Notes under the pieces: generated by a model
The model's input: the letters and a program-made list of their open reading frames with translations, nothing else
Databases searched by the model: none
Told to the model about the DNA's origin: nothing
Made by a program: the position numbers and the translations under genes
In this document: positions 51,029 through 61,281 of the stretch, one piece after another
How positions within the stretch are numbered: position 1 is the first letter of the stretch
Layout: the number at the start of each line of letters is the position of its first letter
Assembly: GCA_049304775.1 (NCBI GenBank)
Contig: JBAQOL010000014.1
Span: 11,098 to 75,097 of the forward strand
Origin: Ferribacterium limneticum
Lineage (GTDB): Bacteria > Pseudomonadota > Gammaproteobacteria > Burkholderiales > Rhodocyclaceae
Direction of reading: 5' to 3'
DNA length: 64,000 bases

Positions 51029-52047
51029 CCGATCAAATCGCTCAACGGCCAGCGCGGCTGAATGGCAAAACTGCCCGCCGCCTTGGCCGGCGTTCCGGCC
51101 TGCAGGCGCAGGCAACCGGCCAGCGCGATCATTGCGCCGTTATCGGTGCAGAACTCCAGTTCCGGGTAATAAACGCTGAAGCGCTTGCGCCGTGCCTCGT
51201 CGTCCAGCGTCGCCCGCAACTGCTTGTTGGCACCGACACCGCCGGCCACCACCAGTTGCTTGAGGCCAGTCTGTTTCATCGCCTTGAGCGATTTCTTGAC
51301 CAGCACCTCGACGATGGCCTCCTGAAAAGCCCGCGCCGCATCGGCCTTGAACGTATCGCTCATGTCGTCGGCGTGCTCGCGGACCAGCGTCAACACCGCC
51401 GTCTTGAGCCCGGAAAAACTGAAACTCAGATCACCCGAATGCAGCATCGGCCGCGGCAATTCATAAACCCCCGGCGTGCCCGACTCAGCCAGCTTCGACA
51501 GCAAGGCACCGCCCGGATAGGGTAGGCCGAGCAGCTTGGCGCTCTTGTCGAAAGCCTCGCCCGCCGCATCATCCAGCGTCTCGCCGAGCAGTTCGTACTC
51601 GCCGACGCCGGTCACCCGCATCAATTGCGTGTGACCGCCAGAGACCAGCAAGGCGACAAACGGAAAGGTCGGCGGCGTAGCCGACAGCAGCGGCGACAAC
51701 AAATGCCCTTCGAGGTGATGCACCGGGATGGTCGGCTTGTCGATGGCCAGCGCCAACGCTTCGGCGAAGGCGCAGCCAACGAGCAGCGCCCCGGCCAGCC
51801 CCGGACCGCGCGTGTAGGCCACGGCATCGACCTCGTCGAGCGAACGCTTGCCCTGCGCCAGCGTCTCGCGCAAAAGCGGCACGACACGCCGGATGTGGTC
51901 GCGTGAGGCCAGTTCGGGGACGACACCGCCGTACTCGGCGTGCATCGCCACCTGCGAATGGAGGGCGTGCGACAAGAGGCCGGCTTCGCTGTCGTAGAGC
52001 GCAATACCGGTTTCGTCGCAGGAAGATTCAATACCAAGAACTAGCAT
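51025..52047 (-). CDS. tsaD: tRNA N6-adenosine threonylcarbamoyltransferase
   Basis: [19 protein letters not shown]... 340 aa from ATG 52047. The 3' end overlaps the mgtC-like gene by 4 nt. Confidence 0.9.
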   Translation of the reverse strand: MLVLGIESSCDETGIALYDSEAGLLSHALHSQVAMHAEYGGVVPELASRDHIRRVVPLLRETLAQGKRSLDEVDAVAYTRGPGLAGALLVGCAFAEALALAIDKPTIPVHHLEGHLLSPLLSATPPTFPFVALLVSGGHTQLMRVTGVGEYELLGETLDDAAGEAFDKSAKLLGLPYPGGALLSKLAESGTPGVYELPRPMLHSGDLSFSFSGLKTAVLTLVREHADDMSDTFKADAARAFQEAIVEVLVKKSLKAMKQTGLKQLVVAGGVGANKQLRATLDDEARRKRFSVYYPELEFCTDNGAMIALAGCLRLQAGTPAKAAGSFAIQPRWPLSDLIG

Positions 52048-52064
52048 GGCGCGGATTTTAACAC

Positions 52065-52094
52065 TTGGAACAACATGGTTTTTTCGCATATACT
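52065..52094 (+). promoter_or_regulatory. Putative sigma70 promoter of the rpsU operon
   Basis: TTGGAA, 18 nt, TATACT. By eye only. Confidence 0.3.
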
Positions 52095-52185
52095 GCTCGG
52101 CTACCCGCAAAGTCTGCGGAACAAATTTTGCGCGCACTGCCTTTCACTTGACCTGGCAGGCGCCTAACGGAAGGGGGTGATTTAT

Positions 52186-52398
52186 ATGCCAAACGTTCGT
52201 GTCAAGGAAAATGAGCCGTTCGAAGTTGCTATCCGCCGCTTCAAGCGCACCGTCGAAAAAACGGGTCTGCTGACCGAGCTGCGCGCCCGTGAGTTTTACG
52301 AAAAGCCCACCGCCGAGCGCAAGCGTAAGGCTGCCGCTGCTGTCAAACGCCAGCACAAGCGCCTCCGTAGCCTGACCCTGCCGCCGAAACTTTTCTAA
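52186..52398 (+). CDS. rpsU: 30S ribosomal protein S21
   Basis: [33 protein letters not shown]... Confidence 0.95.
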   Translation: MPNVRVKENEPFEVAIRRFKRTVEKTGLLTELRAREFYEKPTAERKRKAAAAVKRQHKRLRSLTLPPKLF

Positions 52399-52471
52399 TC
52401 AGAAAAATTTCGCAGCACAAAAGAGCCGCCCGCCCAACAGCTGGCGGCTCTTTGCTTTAAGAAAGCCGAAA

Positions 52472-52918
52472 ATGAGTTTGAAAGCACGCATCACCGAAGA
52501 CATGAAGTCGGCAATGAAGGCCAAGGAAACGGCCAAGCTGAGCGCGATCCGTCTGCTGCTCGCCGCCCTCAAGCAAAAGGAAGTCGACGAGCGCGTCGAA
52601 CTTGATGATACCGCCGTCGTCGCCATCATCGAAAAGCTGACCAAGCAGCGCAAGGACAGCGTCACCCAGTACGAAGCTGCCGGTCGCCAGGAACTGGCCG
52701 ACGCCGAAAAATTTGAAATCGCCGTCCTCGCCGTCTACCTGCCGGAAAAAATGAGCACCGAAGAAACTGCCGCGGCGGTCGCCGCCGCTGTTGCTGCCAC
52801 TGGCGCCAAAGGCCCGGCCGACATGGGCAAGCTGATGGCAGTGCTCAAGCCGCAACTGGCCGGCAAGGCCGACATGGCCGAGGTTTCGAAACTGGTCAAA
52901 GCGGCGCTAGCCGGTTAA
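52472..52918 (+). CDS. GatB/YqeY domain protein
   Basis: MSLKARITEDMKSAMKAKE...LLLAALKQKEVDE. Conserved between rpsU and dnaG. Confidence 0.85.
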   Translation: MSLKARITEDMKSAMKAKETAKLSAIRLLLAALKQKEVDERVELDDTAVVAIIEKLTKQRKDSVTQYEAAGRQELADAEKFEIAVLAVYLPEKMSTEETAAAVAAAVAATGAKGPADMGKLMAVLKPQLAGKADMAEVSKLVKAALAG

Positions 52919-52933
52919 GCAGCGAGGCACGTC

Positions 52934-54670
52934 GTGATTCCGGATTCTTTTATCCAGGATCTGCTGGCCCGGGTCGACATCGTCGACCTGGTGGATGGCT
53001 ACGTGCCGCTCAAGAAAGCCGGCGCCAACTACGCCGCCTGCTGCCCTTTCCACAATGAAAAATCGCCGTCCTTTACGGTCAGCCCAACCAAGCAGTTCTA
53101 CCATTGCTTCGGCTGCGGCGCCCACGGCACGGCGATCAGCTTCGTCATGGAATACCAAGGACTCGGCTTCGTCGATGCCGTCAAGGACCTCGCCACTCGC
53201 GCCGGCATGCAGGTGCCGGAAAGCGAAGGGCGCAGCTTCAAGGACGAAAAGCCCGGCCAGACGCGGACGCTGATCGAGATCATGGCGCGCGCCGCGCAGT
53301 ACTACAAAGACCAGCTCAAGCAGTCGCCCAAAGCCATCGAATATTGCAAGAAACGCGGCTTGACCGGAGAAATCGCCGCCCGCTTCGGCATGGGCTACGC
53401 GCCGGATGGCTGGCAGAATCTGCAGGCAGTCTTCCCCGACTACAACGCCGACGAACTGAAGGTCGCCGGACTGGTCATCGAAAACGAGTCCGGCCGCCGC
53501 TACGACCGTTTCCGCGACCGCCTGATGATTCCAATCATCAATCCCAAGGGCGAGATCATCGCCTTCGGCGGCCGTATCATCGACCAGGGCGAACCGAAAT
53601 ACCTCAATTCGCCGGAAACACCGCTCTTCGAAAAGGGCCGCGAACTGTTCGGTCTGCCGCAAGCCCGTCAAACCCTGCGCGAAACCGACACGGCCATCGT
53701 CACCGAAGGCTACATGGACGTCATCGCCCTGGCCCAGAACGGCGTCGGCAATGCCGTCGCGACGCTCGGCACGGCAACGACGGCCACCCACGTCACCAAG
53801 CTGCTGCGCCAGGTCGACCGCATTGTTTTCTGTTTCGACGGCGACAACGCCGGGCGCAAGGCGGCGTGGCGCGCCCTGGAAAACTCACTGGAAGCATTGG
53901 CCGACAACAAGCGCCTCGGCTTCATTTTCCTGCCGCAGGAACACGACCCGGACAGCTACATCCGCGAATTCGGCAAGGAACAATTCGACCGGCAAGTCAT
54001 CCAGGCCATGCCGCTCTCCGACTTCCTGCTGCGCGAACTGGCCCAGCGCTGCGACCTGACCAGCTCGGAAGGCAAGGCGCAATTGATCTACGAAGCCAAA
54101 CCGCTGCTACTCAAGCTGCCAACGCCGTTGCTGCGCCTGCAGTTAGTCAAGCGACTTGCCGAAGCCAGCGGCTTTGCCCAGGGCGAAGTCGAGCGCCTGT
54201 GCGAACTCAAATCCTACACGCCGTCCGCCCCGCCCAAGGCCAAGCGGACCGCGCCGTCGCTGACCCGCAACCTGCTGCGCATCGTGTTGCACAAGCCTCA
54301 ACTGGCCAGTCAGCTGCCGATCGATCTTCTGCCAGACACCCCCGAGCGCGCCGCGCTGATTCGCCTGCACGACCTGGTCAGCGCCAACGATGATGCCAGC
54401 AGCTACGCCGGGTTACGTGAGCAATTGCGTGGCCAACCGGAGGAAAGCATGATCGAAAACGCCGCATCGGAACTTCTCGGCCAGCCGTTTGACGAAGATG
54501 AAGCAGACGAAGAGTTTCGCGACACCCTCGACAAGTTGCAGGAAGGCGGCCAGAAACGTGCTTTTGCCGAATTGCAGGCGAAAGCCCATCAATTTGGCGT
54601 GGCCGGACTCAGTGCTGCGGAAAAAATGGCTTACATACAACTGCTCAGCAAGCAAGCAAATCGCAGCTAA
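52934..54670 (+). CDS. dnaG: DNA primase
   Basis: Zinc ribbon CPFHNEKSPSFTVSPTKQFYHCFGCGAHG and a TOPRIM region (VTEGYMDVIAL). GTG start. Confidence 0.95.
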   Translation: MIPDSFIQDLLARVDIVDLVDGYVPLKKAGANYAACCPFHNEKSPSFTVSPTKQFYHCFGCGAHGTAISFVMEYQGLGFVDAVKDLATRAGMQVPESEGRSFKDEKPGQTRTLIEIMARAAQYYKDQLKQSPKAIEYCKKRGLTGEIAARFGMGYAPDGWQNLQAVFPDYNADELKVAGLVIENESGRRYDRFRDRLMIPIINPKGEIIAFGGRIIDQGEPKYLNSPETPLFEKGRELFGLPQARQTLRETDTAIVTEGYMDVIALAQNGVGNAVATLGTATTATHVTKLLRQVDRIVFCFDGDNAGRKAAWRALENSLEALADNKRLGFIFLPQEHDPDSYIREFGKEQFDRQVIQAMPLSDFLLRELAQRCDLTSSEGKAQLIYEAKPLLLKLPTPLLRLQLVKRLAEASGFAQGEVERLCELKSYTPSAPPKAKRTAPSLTRNLLRIVLHKPQLASQLPIDLLPDTPERAALIRLHDLVSANDDASSYAGLREQLRGQPEESMIENAASELLGQPFDEDEADEEFRDTLDKLQEGGQKRAFAELQAKAHQFGVAGLSAAEKMAYIQLLSKQANRS

Positions 54671-54716
54671 GTTGTGGTAAAATTTATGGTTTTCTCGAAT
54701 TCTATGGATCGTGTTC

Positions 54717-56693
54717 ATGGCTAAGGCAAAAGACCCCGTTAAGGAAGCCCCGAAGGCTCGCATCAGCAAGGCCAAGGAGAAGGCAGCCGAGAAGGCGCTG
54801 CTGCAAGGCCAGATGGCTGAAGCCCCCGAACCGCTCGACGCCGAAGCGCGCAAGACGCGCCTCAAGACGCTGATCAAGCTCGGCAAGGAGCGCGGCTACC
54901 TGACCTACGCCGAGATCAACGACCACCTGCCGGACGACGTGGTCGACGCCGAAAGTATCGAAGCGATCATTTCGACCTTCAGCGAAATGAGCATCCAGGT
55001 TTTCGACGAAGCCCCGGCTGCCGAAGACCTGCTGATGTCCGACACCGCTGCCGTTGCTGCCGATGACGAAGAAGTCGAAGCGCAAGCTGAACAGGCGTTA
55101 TCCACCGTCGATTCCGAATTCGGCCGCACCACCGACCCGGTCCGCATGTACATGCGCGAGATGGGTACTGTCGAACTCCTCACCCGCGAAGGCGAAATCG
55201 AGATCGCCAAGCGCATTGAGGAAGGCCTCAAGCACATGATCCAGGCGATTTCCGCCTGCCCGACCACGATTACCGACATTCTCGACATGGCCGCCAAGGT
55301 CGAGAACGACGAGATGCGCATCGACGAACTTGTCGATGGCCTGATCGACCCGAACGCCACCGAAGAAGTCGCCGCTGCTCCCGAAATGCCCGAAGCCGAT
55401 GAAGAGGAAACGGACGACGAGGATGAGGACGGCGACGGAGGTGCCGCCGGCGCTGCTTCCGCCTCGCTGCTGCAACTCAAGACCGATGCCCTGGAGCGTT
55501 TCAAGGCCATCAAGAGCGTGCATGCCAAGATGCAGAAGCTGCTGTCGAGCAAGGGCCCGCATGACAAGGCCTACCTCAAGCTGCAGCAGCAGATTTCGGA
55601 CGAACTGCTCAACATCCGCTTCACCTCGCGCTCGATCGAACGCCTGTGCGACAGCGTGCGCGGCATGGTCGAACAGATTCGCGGCTCCGAGCGCAAGATT
55701 CAGCAAATCTGCGTCGACCGCGTCAAGATGCCGCGTCCGCACTTCATCCAGACCTTTCCGGGCAAGGAAACGACGCTGGAGTGGGTGGACGCCGAAATCG
55801 CCTCCGCCCCCAAGACCTACCTGGCGATCCTGACCCGTTGCGCACCGGACATCAAGGAAGAGCAGAAGAAGCTGATCGCCCTCCAGGATCGCATCGGCAT
55901 TCCGCTCAAGGACCTCAAGGACATCAACAAGCAGATGTCCACCGGCGAAGCCAAGGCGCGTCGCGCCAAGCGCGAAATGACTGAGGCCAACCTGCGTCTG
56001 GTCATCTCGATTGCCAAGAAATACACCAACCGCGGCCTGCAGTTCCTCGACCTGATCCAGGAAGGCAACATCGGCCTGATGAAGGCGGTGGACAAGTTCG
56101 AATACCGTCGCGGCTACAAGTTCTCGACCTATGCCACGTGGTGGATCCGTCAGGCCATTACCCGCTCCATCGCCGACCAGGCGCGGACCATCCGTATTCC
56201 GGTGCACATGATCGAAACGATCAACAAGATGAACCGGATCAGCCGCCAGATTCTGCAGGAAACCGGTGCCGAACCGGATCCGGCGACGCTGGCCAAGAAG
56301 ATGGACATGCCGGAAGACAAGATCCGCAAGATCATGAAGATTTCCAAGGAGCCGATCTCCATGGAAACCCCGATCGGCGACGACGATGATTCCCACCTTG
56401 GCGATTTCATCGAAGACCAATTGACCCTGGCCCCGGCCGATGCGGCGATGTACTCCAGCCTGCGCGGCGTCACCAAGGAAATCCTCGACACGCTGACGAC
56501 GAGGGAAGCCAAGGTCCTGCGCATGCGTTTCGGCATCGAAATGAACACCGACCACACGCTGGAAGAAGTCGGCAAACAGTTCGACGTCACCCGCGAGCGT
56601 ATCCGTCAAATTGAAGCGAAGGCGCTGCGCAAACTGCGTCATCCGACCCGTTCCGACAAGCTGCGCAGCTTCCTGGACCAAAACGGCAATTAA
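54717..56693 (+). CDS. rpoD: RNA polymerase sigma-70 factor RpoD
   Basis: Acidic region 1.1/[42 protein letters not shown], and region 4 [24 protein letters not shown]. Confidence 0.95.
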   Translation: MAKAKDPVKEAPKARISKAKEKAAEKALLQGQMAEAPEPLDAEARKTRLKTLIKLGKERGYLTYAEINDHLPDDVVDAESIEAIISTFSEMSIQVFDEAPAAEDLLMSDTAAVAADDEEVEAQAEQALSTVDSEFGRTTDPVRMYMREMGTVELLTREGEIEIAKRIEEGLKHMIQAISACPTTITDILDMAAKVENDEMRIDELVDGLIDPNATEEVAAAPEMPEADEEETDDEDEDGDGGAAGAASASLLQLKTDALERFKAIKSVHAKMQKLLSSKGPHDKAYLKLQQQISDELLNIRFTSRSIERLCDSVRGMVEQIRGSERKIQQICVDRVKMPRPHFIQTFPGKETTLEWVDAEIASAPKTYLAILTRCAPDIKEEQKKLIALQDRIGIPLKDLKDINKQMSTGEAKARRAKREMTEANLRLVISIAKKYTNRGLQFLDLIQEGNIGLMKAVDKFEYRRGYKFSTYATWWIRQAITRSIADQARTIRIPVHMIETINKMNRISRQILQETGAEPDPATLAKKMDMPEDKIRKIMKISKEPISMETPIGDDDDSHLGDFIEDQLTLAPADAAMYSSLRGVTKEILDTLTTREAKVLRMRFGIEMNTDHTLEEVGKQFDVTRERIRQIEAKALRKLRHPTRSDKLRSFLDQNGN

Positions 56694-56700
56694 GGTTTCC

Positions 56701-56777
56701 GGGCCTGTAGCTCAGTTGGTTAGAGCAGAGGACTCATAATCCTTTGGTCCACGGTTCAAGTCCGTGCGGGCCCACCA
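56701..56777 (+). tRNA. tRNA with CAU anticodon, probably tRNA-Ile2 (lysidine) rather than elongator Met
   Basis: Cloverleaf folded by hand: acceptor GGGCCTG/CGGGCCC, anticodon loop CTCATAA, T-arm CACGG-TTCAAGT-CCGTG, encoded CCA. The paired 1:72 excludes an initiator. C4-G69 and C5-G68 resemble E. coli ileX, which also lies downstream of rpoD. Confidence 0.85.
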
Positions 56778-56784
56778 TAAAAAC

Positions 56785-56817
56785 AAGGGGTTACAGAAAT
56801 GTAACCCCTTTGTTTTT
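56785..56817. terminator. Bidirectional hairpin terminator between the tRNA and the integrase gene
   Basis: aaggggttac-agaaat-gtaacccctt flanked by an A-run and a T-run. Confidence 0.7.
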
Positions 56818-56837
56818 GCCCATGGTTCAACAAAGGT

Positions 56838-57851
56838 TCAACCGGGATTTTGGGGCAGCAGGTTTAGCGGGTTCAGTCGCACCGCTTCTTCCAGGTGCTC
56901 CGGTGCCATGTGCGCGTAGGTCATGGTCATTCGTAGATCGCTGTGACCAAGTATCCGCTGCAGGGTCAGAATGTTCCCGCCGTTCATCATGAAATGGCTT
57001 GCGAACGTATGGCGCAATGCGTGGCTGAGCTGACCTTTCGGCAACGTTATCTCAGCCCTTGCTACACCCTCACGAAATGCTGCGTAGGCAGTCTCGAATA
57101 CACGATCTCCGATGCCATGCTTTTCCTTGTGCTCGCCGATCTCGCCGGCCAACTTAGGATCGATTGGCACAGCGCGAACCCTTCCCGATTTCGTTTTGGC
57201 AAACTGGATTCGGTTGTTCTGGAGTTGGCTAATCCGCAGATTTTCCCCTTCACTCCATCGAGCCCCTGTTGCCAGGCAAATTTTTGCAATAAGCATCACA
57301 TGCTCGTTTGTTGATTTGCCCAACGCAGTTAGAAGATCGGCTATCTGCTCCTGGCGAAGATAGGATAGCTCCCGCTCCTGGAGCTTGAAGGCTCGTAGCT
57401 TCTTGAGAGGGTTTTCCTTCTTCCAGTGCTCAAGCCGCTCCAGCTCGTTAAACATGGCCCGCGTGTAGGCCAAACGGCGATTCATTGTATTCGGCTCTAT
57501 GCCGGCGTCGATTTGCTGAGTTCTGTACTCTGCGAACATATCTGCCGTCACAGATTCCGCTCTGGGATTTCCCAGGGCCTCACAGATAGCTTTCAGGATT
57601 CGCTCACGCCGCACGCCGTCACGCAAACCGATGCCGTGATGCCGAAACCAAAGATCAACCAAATCCGACAATAGGCGGGAGTCTCGCTTAGGTGCCACCC
57701 AATCCGGCGCCTCCTGTACCTTCACGCGAATATGGCGCTCCCAGGCCATTGCTTCAGCCTTGGTCGGAAAAGTCTTTTTGACCCGCTTTCCGCTACGTCC
57801 GCCGGGCTGAATATTGACCTGCCAACCGGTTTTAACCTGCTTGATCGTCAT
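56838..57851 (-). CDS. Tyrosine-type phage integrase
   Basis: ATGARWSE (catalytic Arg) and HALRHTFASHFMMNGGNILTLQRILGHSDLRMTMTYAH (H-x-x-R...H...Y). Confidence 0.9.
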   Translation of the reverse strand: MTIKQVKTGWQVNIQPGGRSGKRVKKTFPTKAEAMAWERHIRVKVQEAPDWVAPKRDSRLLSDLVDLWFRHHGIGLRDGVRRERILKAICEALGNPRAESVTADMFAEYRTQQIDAGIEPNTMNRRLAYTRAMFNELERLEHWKKENPLKKLRAFKLQERELSYLRQEQIADLLTALGKSTNEHVMLIAKICLATGARWSEGENLRISQLQNNRIQFAKTKSGRVRAVPIDPKLAGEIGEHKEKHGIGDRVFETAYAAFREGVARAEITLPKGQLSHALRHTFASHFMMNGGNILTLQRILGHSDLRMTMTYAHMAPEHLEEAVRLNPLNLLPQNPG

Positions 57852-57906
57852 TTTTTTGTATGCTCAATTTCTAAGTTCGAGCTTTCGATCACTCTGACTA
57901 ATAGTC

Positions 57907-58455
57907 TTATCGTCGCTCTGCGTTTCGCTCCGCGACTAGTCTTTGTAGTTCTGCGTCATCATTGAGCACATCGCCATATCGAAGTGATCCGTCCGTATTA
58001 ACTGGAACTTCGTCTAATTCCACGAAAGCTTCTACAAACTTTTCAATATAGCCACGCACTATTTGTTCGCCATCACCAGAGTTGCGCTGAGATCCCAGTT
58101 TCTCATCGTTCAAAACAGCCAGCGCCTGAGTTGAGTTGAAGCTTTCGTCCAATTCAACTTTTCTAGCAAGCAAGCGCCCCGTGGTAGTACGCGCCTCATG
58201 ACTCGGAAGGCTGGCAGGAGGCGTGGTTTGACCTGCCTCTGGGTCATCAATACCCGTGACTAGCCAGAGGGCATATTCAGGCCACTGTCTCGCAAGTGCC
58301 TGAATCATGTGCTCATGAGCACGTTGTTTGCCATGCCAGAAATTTTTCCAATGTCCTGACGGAATGCCGGAAAGCTTCTCAAGGGTTGTGAATCGCTTTC
58401 GTTCGGGTAGCCAGTTTCCGATTACCCATCTCATCCGATCCGCGATTGTGCGCAT
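57907..58455 (-). CDS. Prophage repressor-like protein (putative immunity regulator)
   Basis: Divergent from the phage structural/replication genes. The N-terminal ~70 aa look HTH-like (TLEKLSGIPSGHWKNFWHGKQRAHEHMIQAL). GGAG SD before the ATG at 58455. Function inferred from position. Confidence 0.45.
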   Translation of the reverse strand: MRTIADRMRWVIGNWLPERKRFTTLEKLSGIPSGHWKNFWHGKQRAHEHMIQALARQWPEYALWLVTGIDDPEAGQTTPPASLPSHEARTTTGRLLARKVELDESFNSTQALAVLNDEKLGSQRNSGDGEQIVRGYIEKFVEAFVELDEVPVNTDGSLRYGDVLNDDAELQRLVAERNAERR

Positions 58456-58472
58456 GCTTGACTCCAATCATT

Positions 58473-58508
58473 TACCGTGTATTATTACCGTGGTAATCTT
58501 ACACGGTA
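58473..58508. promoter_or_regulatory. Nested palindromic operator in the prophage divergent control region
   Basis: TACCGTGTA (58473-58481) and TACACGGTA (58500-58508) are perfect inverted repeats flanking the ATTACCgtGGTAAT palindrome (58484-58497). Confidence 0.6.
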
Positions 58509-58528
58509 TCTTTTTTGGTTAGCTAATT

Positions 58529-58780
58529 ATGGCCGCATCTCTCGCAAAACTCCATCAGACGACCGCAGAGCCCATACCAGCGTTGCCTGAGGCAATGGCT
58601 GTTTCGATCCCGGTAGTCACAGTCGAAAAATTTTCAGCAATGACAGGGCTATCCATTCCTTGCATCGCCTCCGCCTGTGATCGCGGATTTTGGCCTGTAG
58701 TTCACGTCGGCCGACGCCGCCTAATCAATTTGGAAGCTCTGCGCCTTCAATGCATCGCCAAGGCACAGGAATTTCAATGA
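58529..58780 (+). CDS. Small DNA-binding (excisionase/AlpA-like) phage protein
   Basis: 83 aa; ...VTVEKFSAMTGLSIPCIASACDRGFWPVVHVGRRRLINLEAL resembles a winged-HTH excisionase. Start uncertain (weak SD). Confidence 0.5.
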   Translation: MAASLAKLHQTTAEPIPALPEAMAVSIPVVTVEKFSAMTGLSIPCIASACDRGFWPVVHVGRRRLINLEALRLQCIAKAQEFQ

Positions 58781-59055
58781 GCCACATTACCCGCCCGAAA
58801 TCCCTGGCCGAACGTCTGCAATGGATGGCCGACAACCTCCCGGGGTTCCGCGCGGAGCTCGATGCTCATGACGCGGCCCTTGCGCGTCTTGCCGCAGGCG
58901 TTGGTTGCCAAAACGCCCGTACCGCCCGCAGCGAAGCGAGGACGGAGCGGACGGATTTGGCGGCCAACTCCGCTTTTTTTGACGCACGCCAAACCCCGGA
59001 AGTTTTTCATCAGCGGCGCAGTAGCACCGCTGATGAGTCCGGTTTACAAGACTAA
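58777..59055 (+). CDS. Hypothetical phage protein
   Basis: 92 aa. ATGA overlap with the upstream gene. Confidence 0.5.
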   Translation: MSHITRPKSLAERLQWMADNLPGFRAELDAHDAALARLAAGVGCQNARTARSEARTERTDLAANSAFFDARQTPEVFHQRRSSTADESGLQD

Positions 59056-59069
59056 GCCCGTTTTACGCG

Positions 59070-60320
59070 ATGGCCATCGATACCGTGAAGCTCAGATCAC
59101 CTGAAATCGACGAAGGAACAGCCTGTTTCCTTGAGCGCCAATGCATCTTGAAGCAAGGCCTGGAGCTTGCCACCGGGGAAATTCTCTACGAATTCACCAC
59201 CGGCAACTTGGAAGGCTCCTGGGACTCGCGCATTTCCTTCAAGGTCTGCCGCGAAGACTGGGTCGCGAACCGCAGCGGCAAGCTTGAACAGATTTCCTGC
59301 AAGCCGTTCGTGCTGGTAGAGGCATCGATTCATAAGTTCTTCTACGGCCAAAACATCTACGGCAATCCGGTCAATTTTCAGCTCCTGTGCGAAATGTTCA
59401 TCAACATGCTCGGCGAAATGTTCGGCGGCAAGGATTACTCCATCTACGAACGGGCATTGCTTCTGCCCGATCCCGCCAAGTGGCAGGTGCGCCGTGTCGA
59501 TTGGGCTGAAATGTTCCGTCTCAATCAAGCAGCCCAGGCTGAATGGTTTCGCGCCCTCAAAAATTGCAAGTTCCCCCGCCGTGCGCTGAAAGAAGCCAAG
59601 TACGACACCGCCGTTCACTTCCCAGGGAAGTTCACAACGCTGCGCATCTACGGCAAAGGCGCCGAATTCAAGAAGCACGACCTACCGCGATTGCGGCACG
59701 CACTCATGGCGTACTCCATGAAGCAAATCAAGGAATGGCCAGGTAAAGCCCTGAGCGACCACACCACCTACACGTGGATCGAGAAAAAACTGACCGCGCT
59801 ACAGCGGCTCGCCAATAACCGCCTTCGGGCCGAAGTCCAAATCAACGCAGACAAGCTGCACCACGATTTCGCGGGGCGATACCCCCTCGTATCGGAAGTC
59901 ACCGATGAATATTTGATCTCCATCTTCAAGGACCAAATTTTCAAACTCCTGAAGGAAGGAAAGTCCGAAATGGAAACCGTCCGTACATACGACGCAGTAC
60001 AAGCCCGCCTGGCGCTTGTCGCCGGCCCTCGCTCGGCCAATAACCTGTTTGCCTTCTGGATGAAGCTGGCAGCACGCGGTGAAGAAGCCATTCGCCCTGA
60101 TTACTCAAAGGCCCAGTTCTACGCGAACCGCAAAAAGCTGATCGACGCCGGCATTAGCTGGAATAGTTCCGACGTTTTCATCGTTCCCCAAGATACCGCG
60201 CTGCCGCGCGATTTCCTGCCGCTGCCTTCTGACGTGCGGCGCTGCGTTGGCCGGGTTTCCGCCAACTCCATTTTCAATTACTGCCCGGTCGAGCAATACG
60301 ACCTCAGAAAAGCTGCTTAA
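59070..60320 (+). CDS. Filamentous-phage replication initiation protein (gene II/X family)
   Basis: MAIDTVKLRSP... 416 aa. Position and N-terminal pattern match the inovirus gII-like family (recognition from memory). Confidence 0.7.
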   Translation: MAIDTVKLRSPEIDEGTACFLERQCILKQGLELATGEILYEFTTGNLEGSWDSRISFKVCREDWVANRSGKLEQISCKPFVLVEASIHKFFYGQNIYGNPVNFQLLCEMFINMLGEMFGGKDYSIYERALLLPDPAKWQVRRVDWAEMFRLNQAAQAEWFRALKNCKFPRRALKEAKYDTAVHFPGKFTTLRIYGKGAEFKKHDLPRLRHALMAYSMKQIKEWPGKALSDHTTYTWIEKKLTALQRLANNRLRAEVQINADKLHHDFAGRYPLVSEVTDEYLISIFKDQIFKLLKEGKSEMETVRTYDAVQARLALVAGPRSANNLFAFWMKLAARGEEAIRPDYSKAQFYANRKKLIDAGISWNSSDVFIVPQDTALPRDFLPLPSDVRRCVGRVSANSIFNYCPVEQYDLRKAA

Positions 60321-60344
60321 CCAACCACCGAAAGGAAACACACC

Positions 60345-60683
60345 ATGTCCGCAGTTGCTGAAAAAACCTCGCCCACCCTGCCCAAGCTCCTTCCTGCGCA
60401 ATCGTTCCTCTCTGGTTTGATTGCCGGTCGCCGCCGTGTAAACGGTCAAAGCGGCTCGCTTTGGCTGACGGTGGTCAAGCTCCCCGCATCCGACGAGTTT
60501 TCCCACCCGGCCACCGTCGAGGTTCGCTCGCACAACCCGATTGGCGAAATCAACGACAAGTGGTCAGGTGTCGTATCCGTCACTGGCTACCCGCGTAGCT
60601 ACAACACCAAACCGGACCCGGAAACCGGCGAAATCAAATCCGTGAAGACTGCCCAGGTCGCACTCGAAGTCATTGAAGAATAA
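60345..60683 (+). CDS. Putative ssDNA-binding protein (gV-like)
   Basis: 112 aa immediately after rep, with AAAGGA SD. Beta-rich OB-like sequence. Assignment is mainly by position. Confidence 0.5.
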   Translation: MSAVAEKTSPTLPKLLPAQSFLSGLIAGRRRVNGQSGSLWLTVVKLPASDEFSHPATVEVRSHNPIGEINDKWSGVVSVTGYPRSYNTKPDPETGEIKSVKTAQVALEVIEE

Positions 60684-60696
60684 GGCTCGCGCGATC

Positions 60697-60942
60697 ATGT
60701 GGAATGGAATTGAATCAAATCACAACCGAATTGAATTGCCCATCAAGGATGCCATTTCGCTATCCGTGGAGAAACTTCCGTCCGCGCATGAAAGAAAAAA
60801 AGCAATTTATTTGCTCCTTTTTCACGTCGTCAATATTCTGCGGATAACACAGGGCGATGAGGTTGCTCGTATCTGCTTGGAGGTCGAGTTGGAGGATTTG
60901 AATAGCTGTTTGCCCGATGCTCCTTTGGTTTGCCTTCACTGA
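60697..60942 (+). CDS. Hypothetical phage ORF in an AT-rich patch
   Basis: 81 aa from ATG 60697 (the track ORF starts at TTG 60673). No TM, no SD. Local GC clearly lower than its neighbours. Confidence 0.35.
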   Translation: MWNGIESNHNRIELPIKDAISLSVEKLPSAHERKKAIYLLLFHVVNILRITQGDEVARICLEVELEDLNSCLPDAPLVCLH

Positions 60943-60968
60943 TAGGGCGTCGTTAGGAACTCGATTTA

Positions 60969-61238
60969 ATGCCAACAGGAAGCGTTCAGTCAGTACTCAC
61001 CTGCACCACTTCTGCCAACAAATGGCTGACGCAGGCGCCATGCCCATCGGGCCACTCCATCACGGTCACGCAGGCCTACCTACTCGACCCATCACAGAAG
61101 GCCATCTACGAAACACTCTCAGCCCCTTTCGATTACGCCTACGCATCAGGTGTTTGGGGGCTGGGATTTTCAAGTGTCGTTGTTCTTTATCTCGTCGCCC
61201 GGTCTGCCGGGACGATTCTCGATTTCATCAAACGGTGA
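60969..61238 (+). CDS. Hypothetical phage membrane protein
   Basis: 89 aa with one C-terminal TM (VWGLGFSSVVVLYLVARSAG). Confidence 0.5.
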   Translation: MPTGSVQSVLTCTTSANKWLTQAPCPSGHSITVTQAYLLDPSQKAIYETLSAPFDYAYASGVWGLGFSSVVVLYLVARSAGTILDFIKR

Positions 61239-61281
61239 AACCGTCGTGGCGGCTTCCACGATTCCTTTTCAGGAGAAAACC

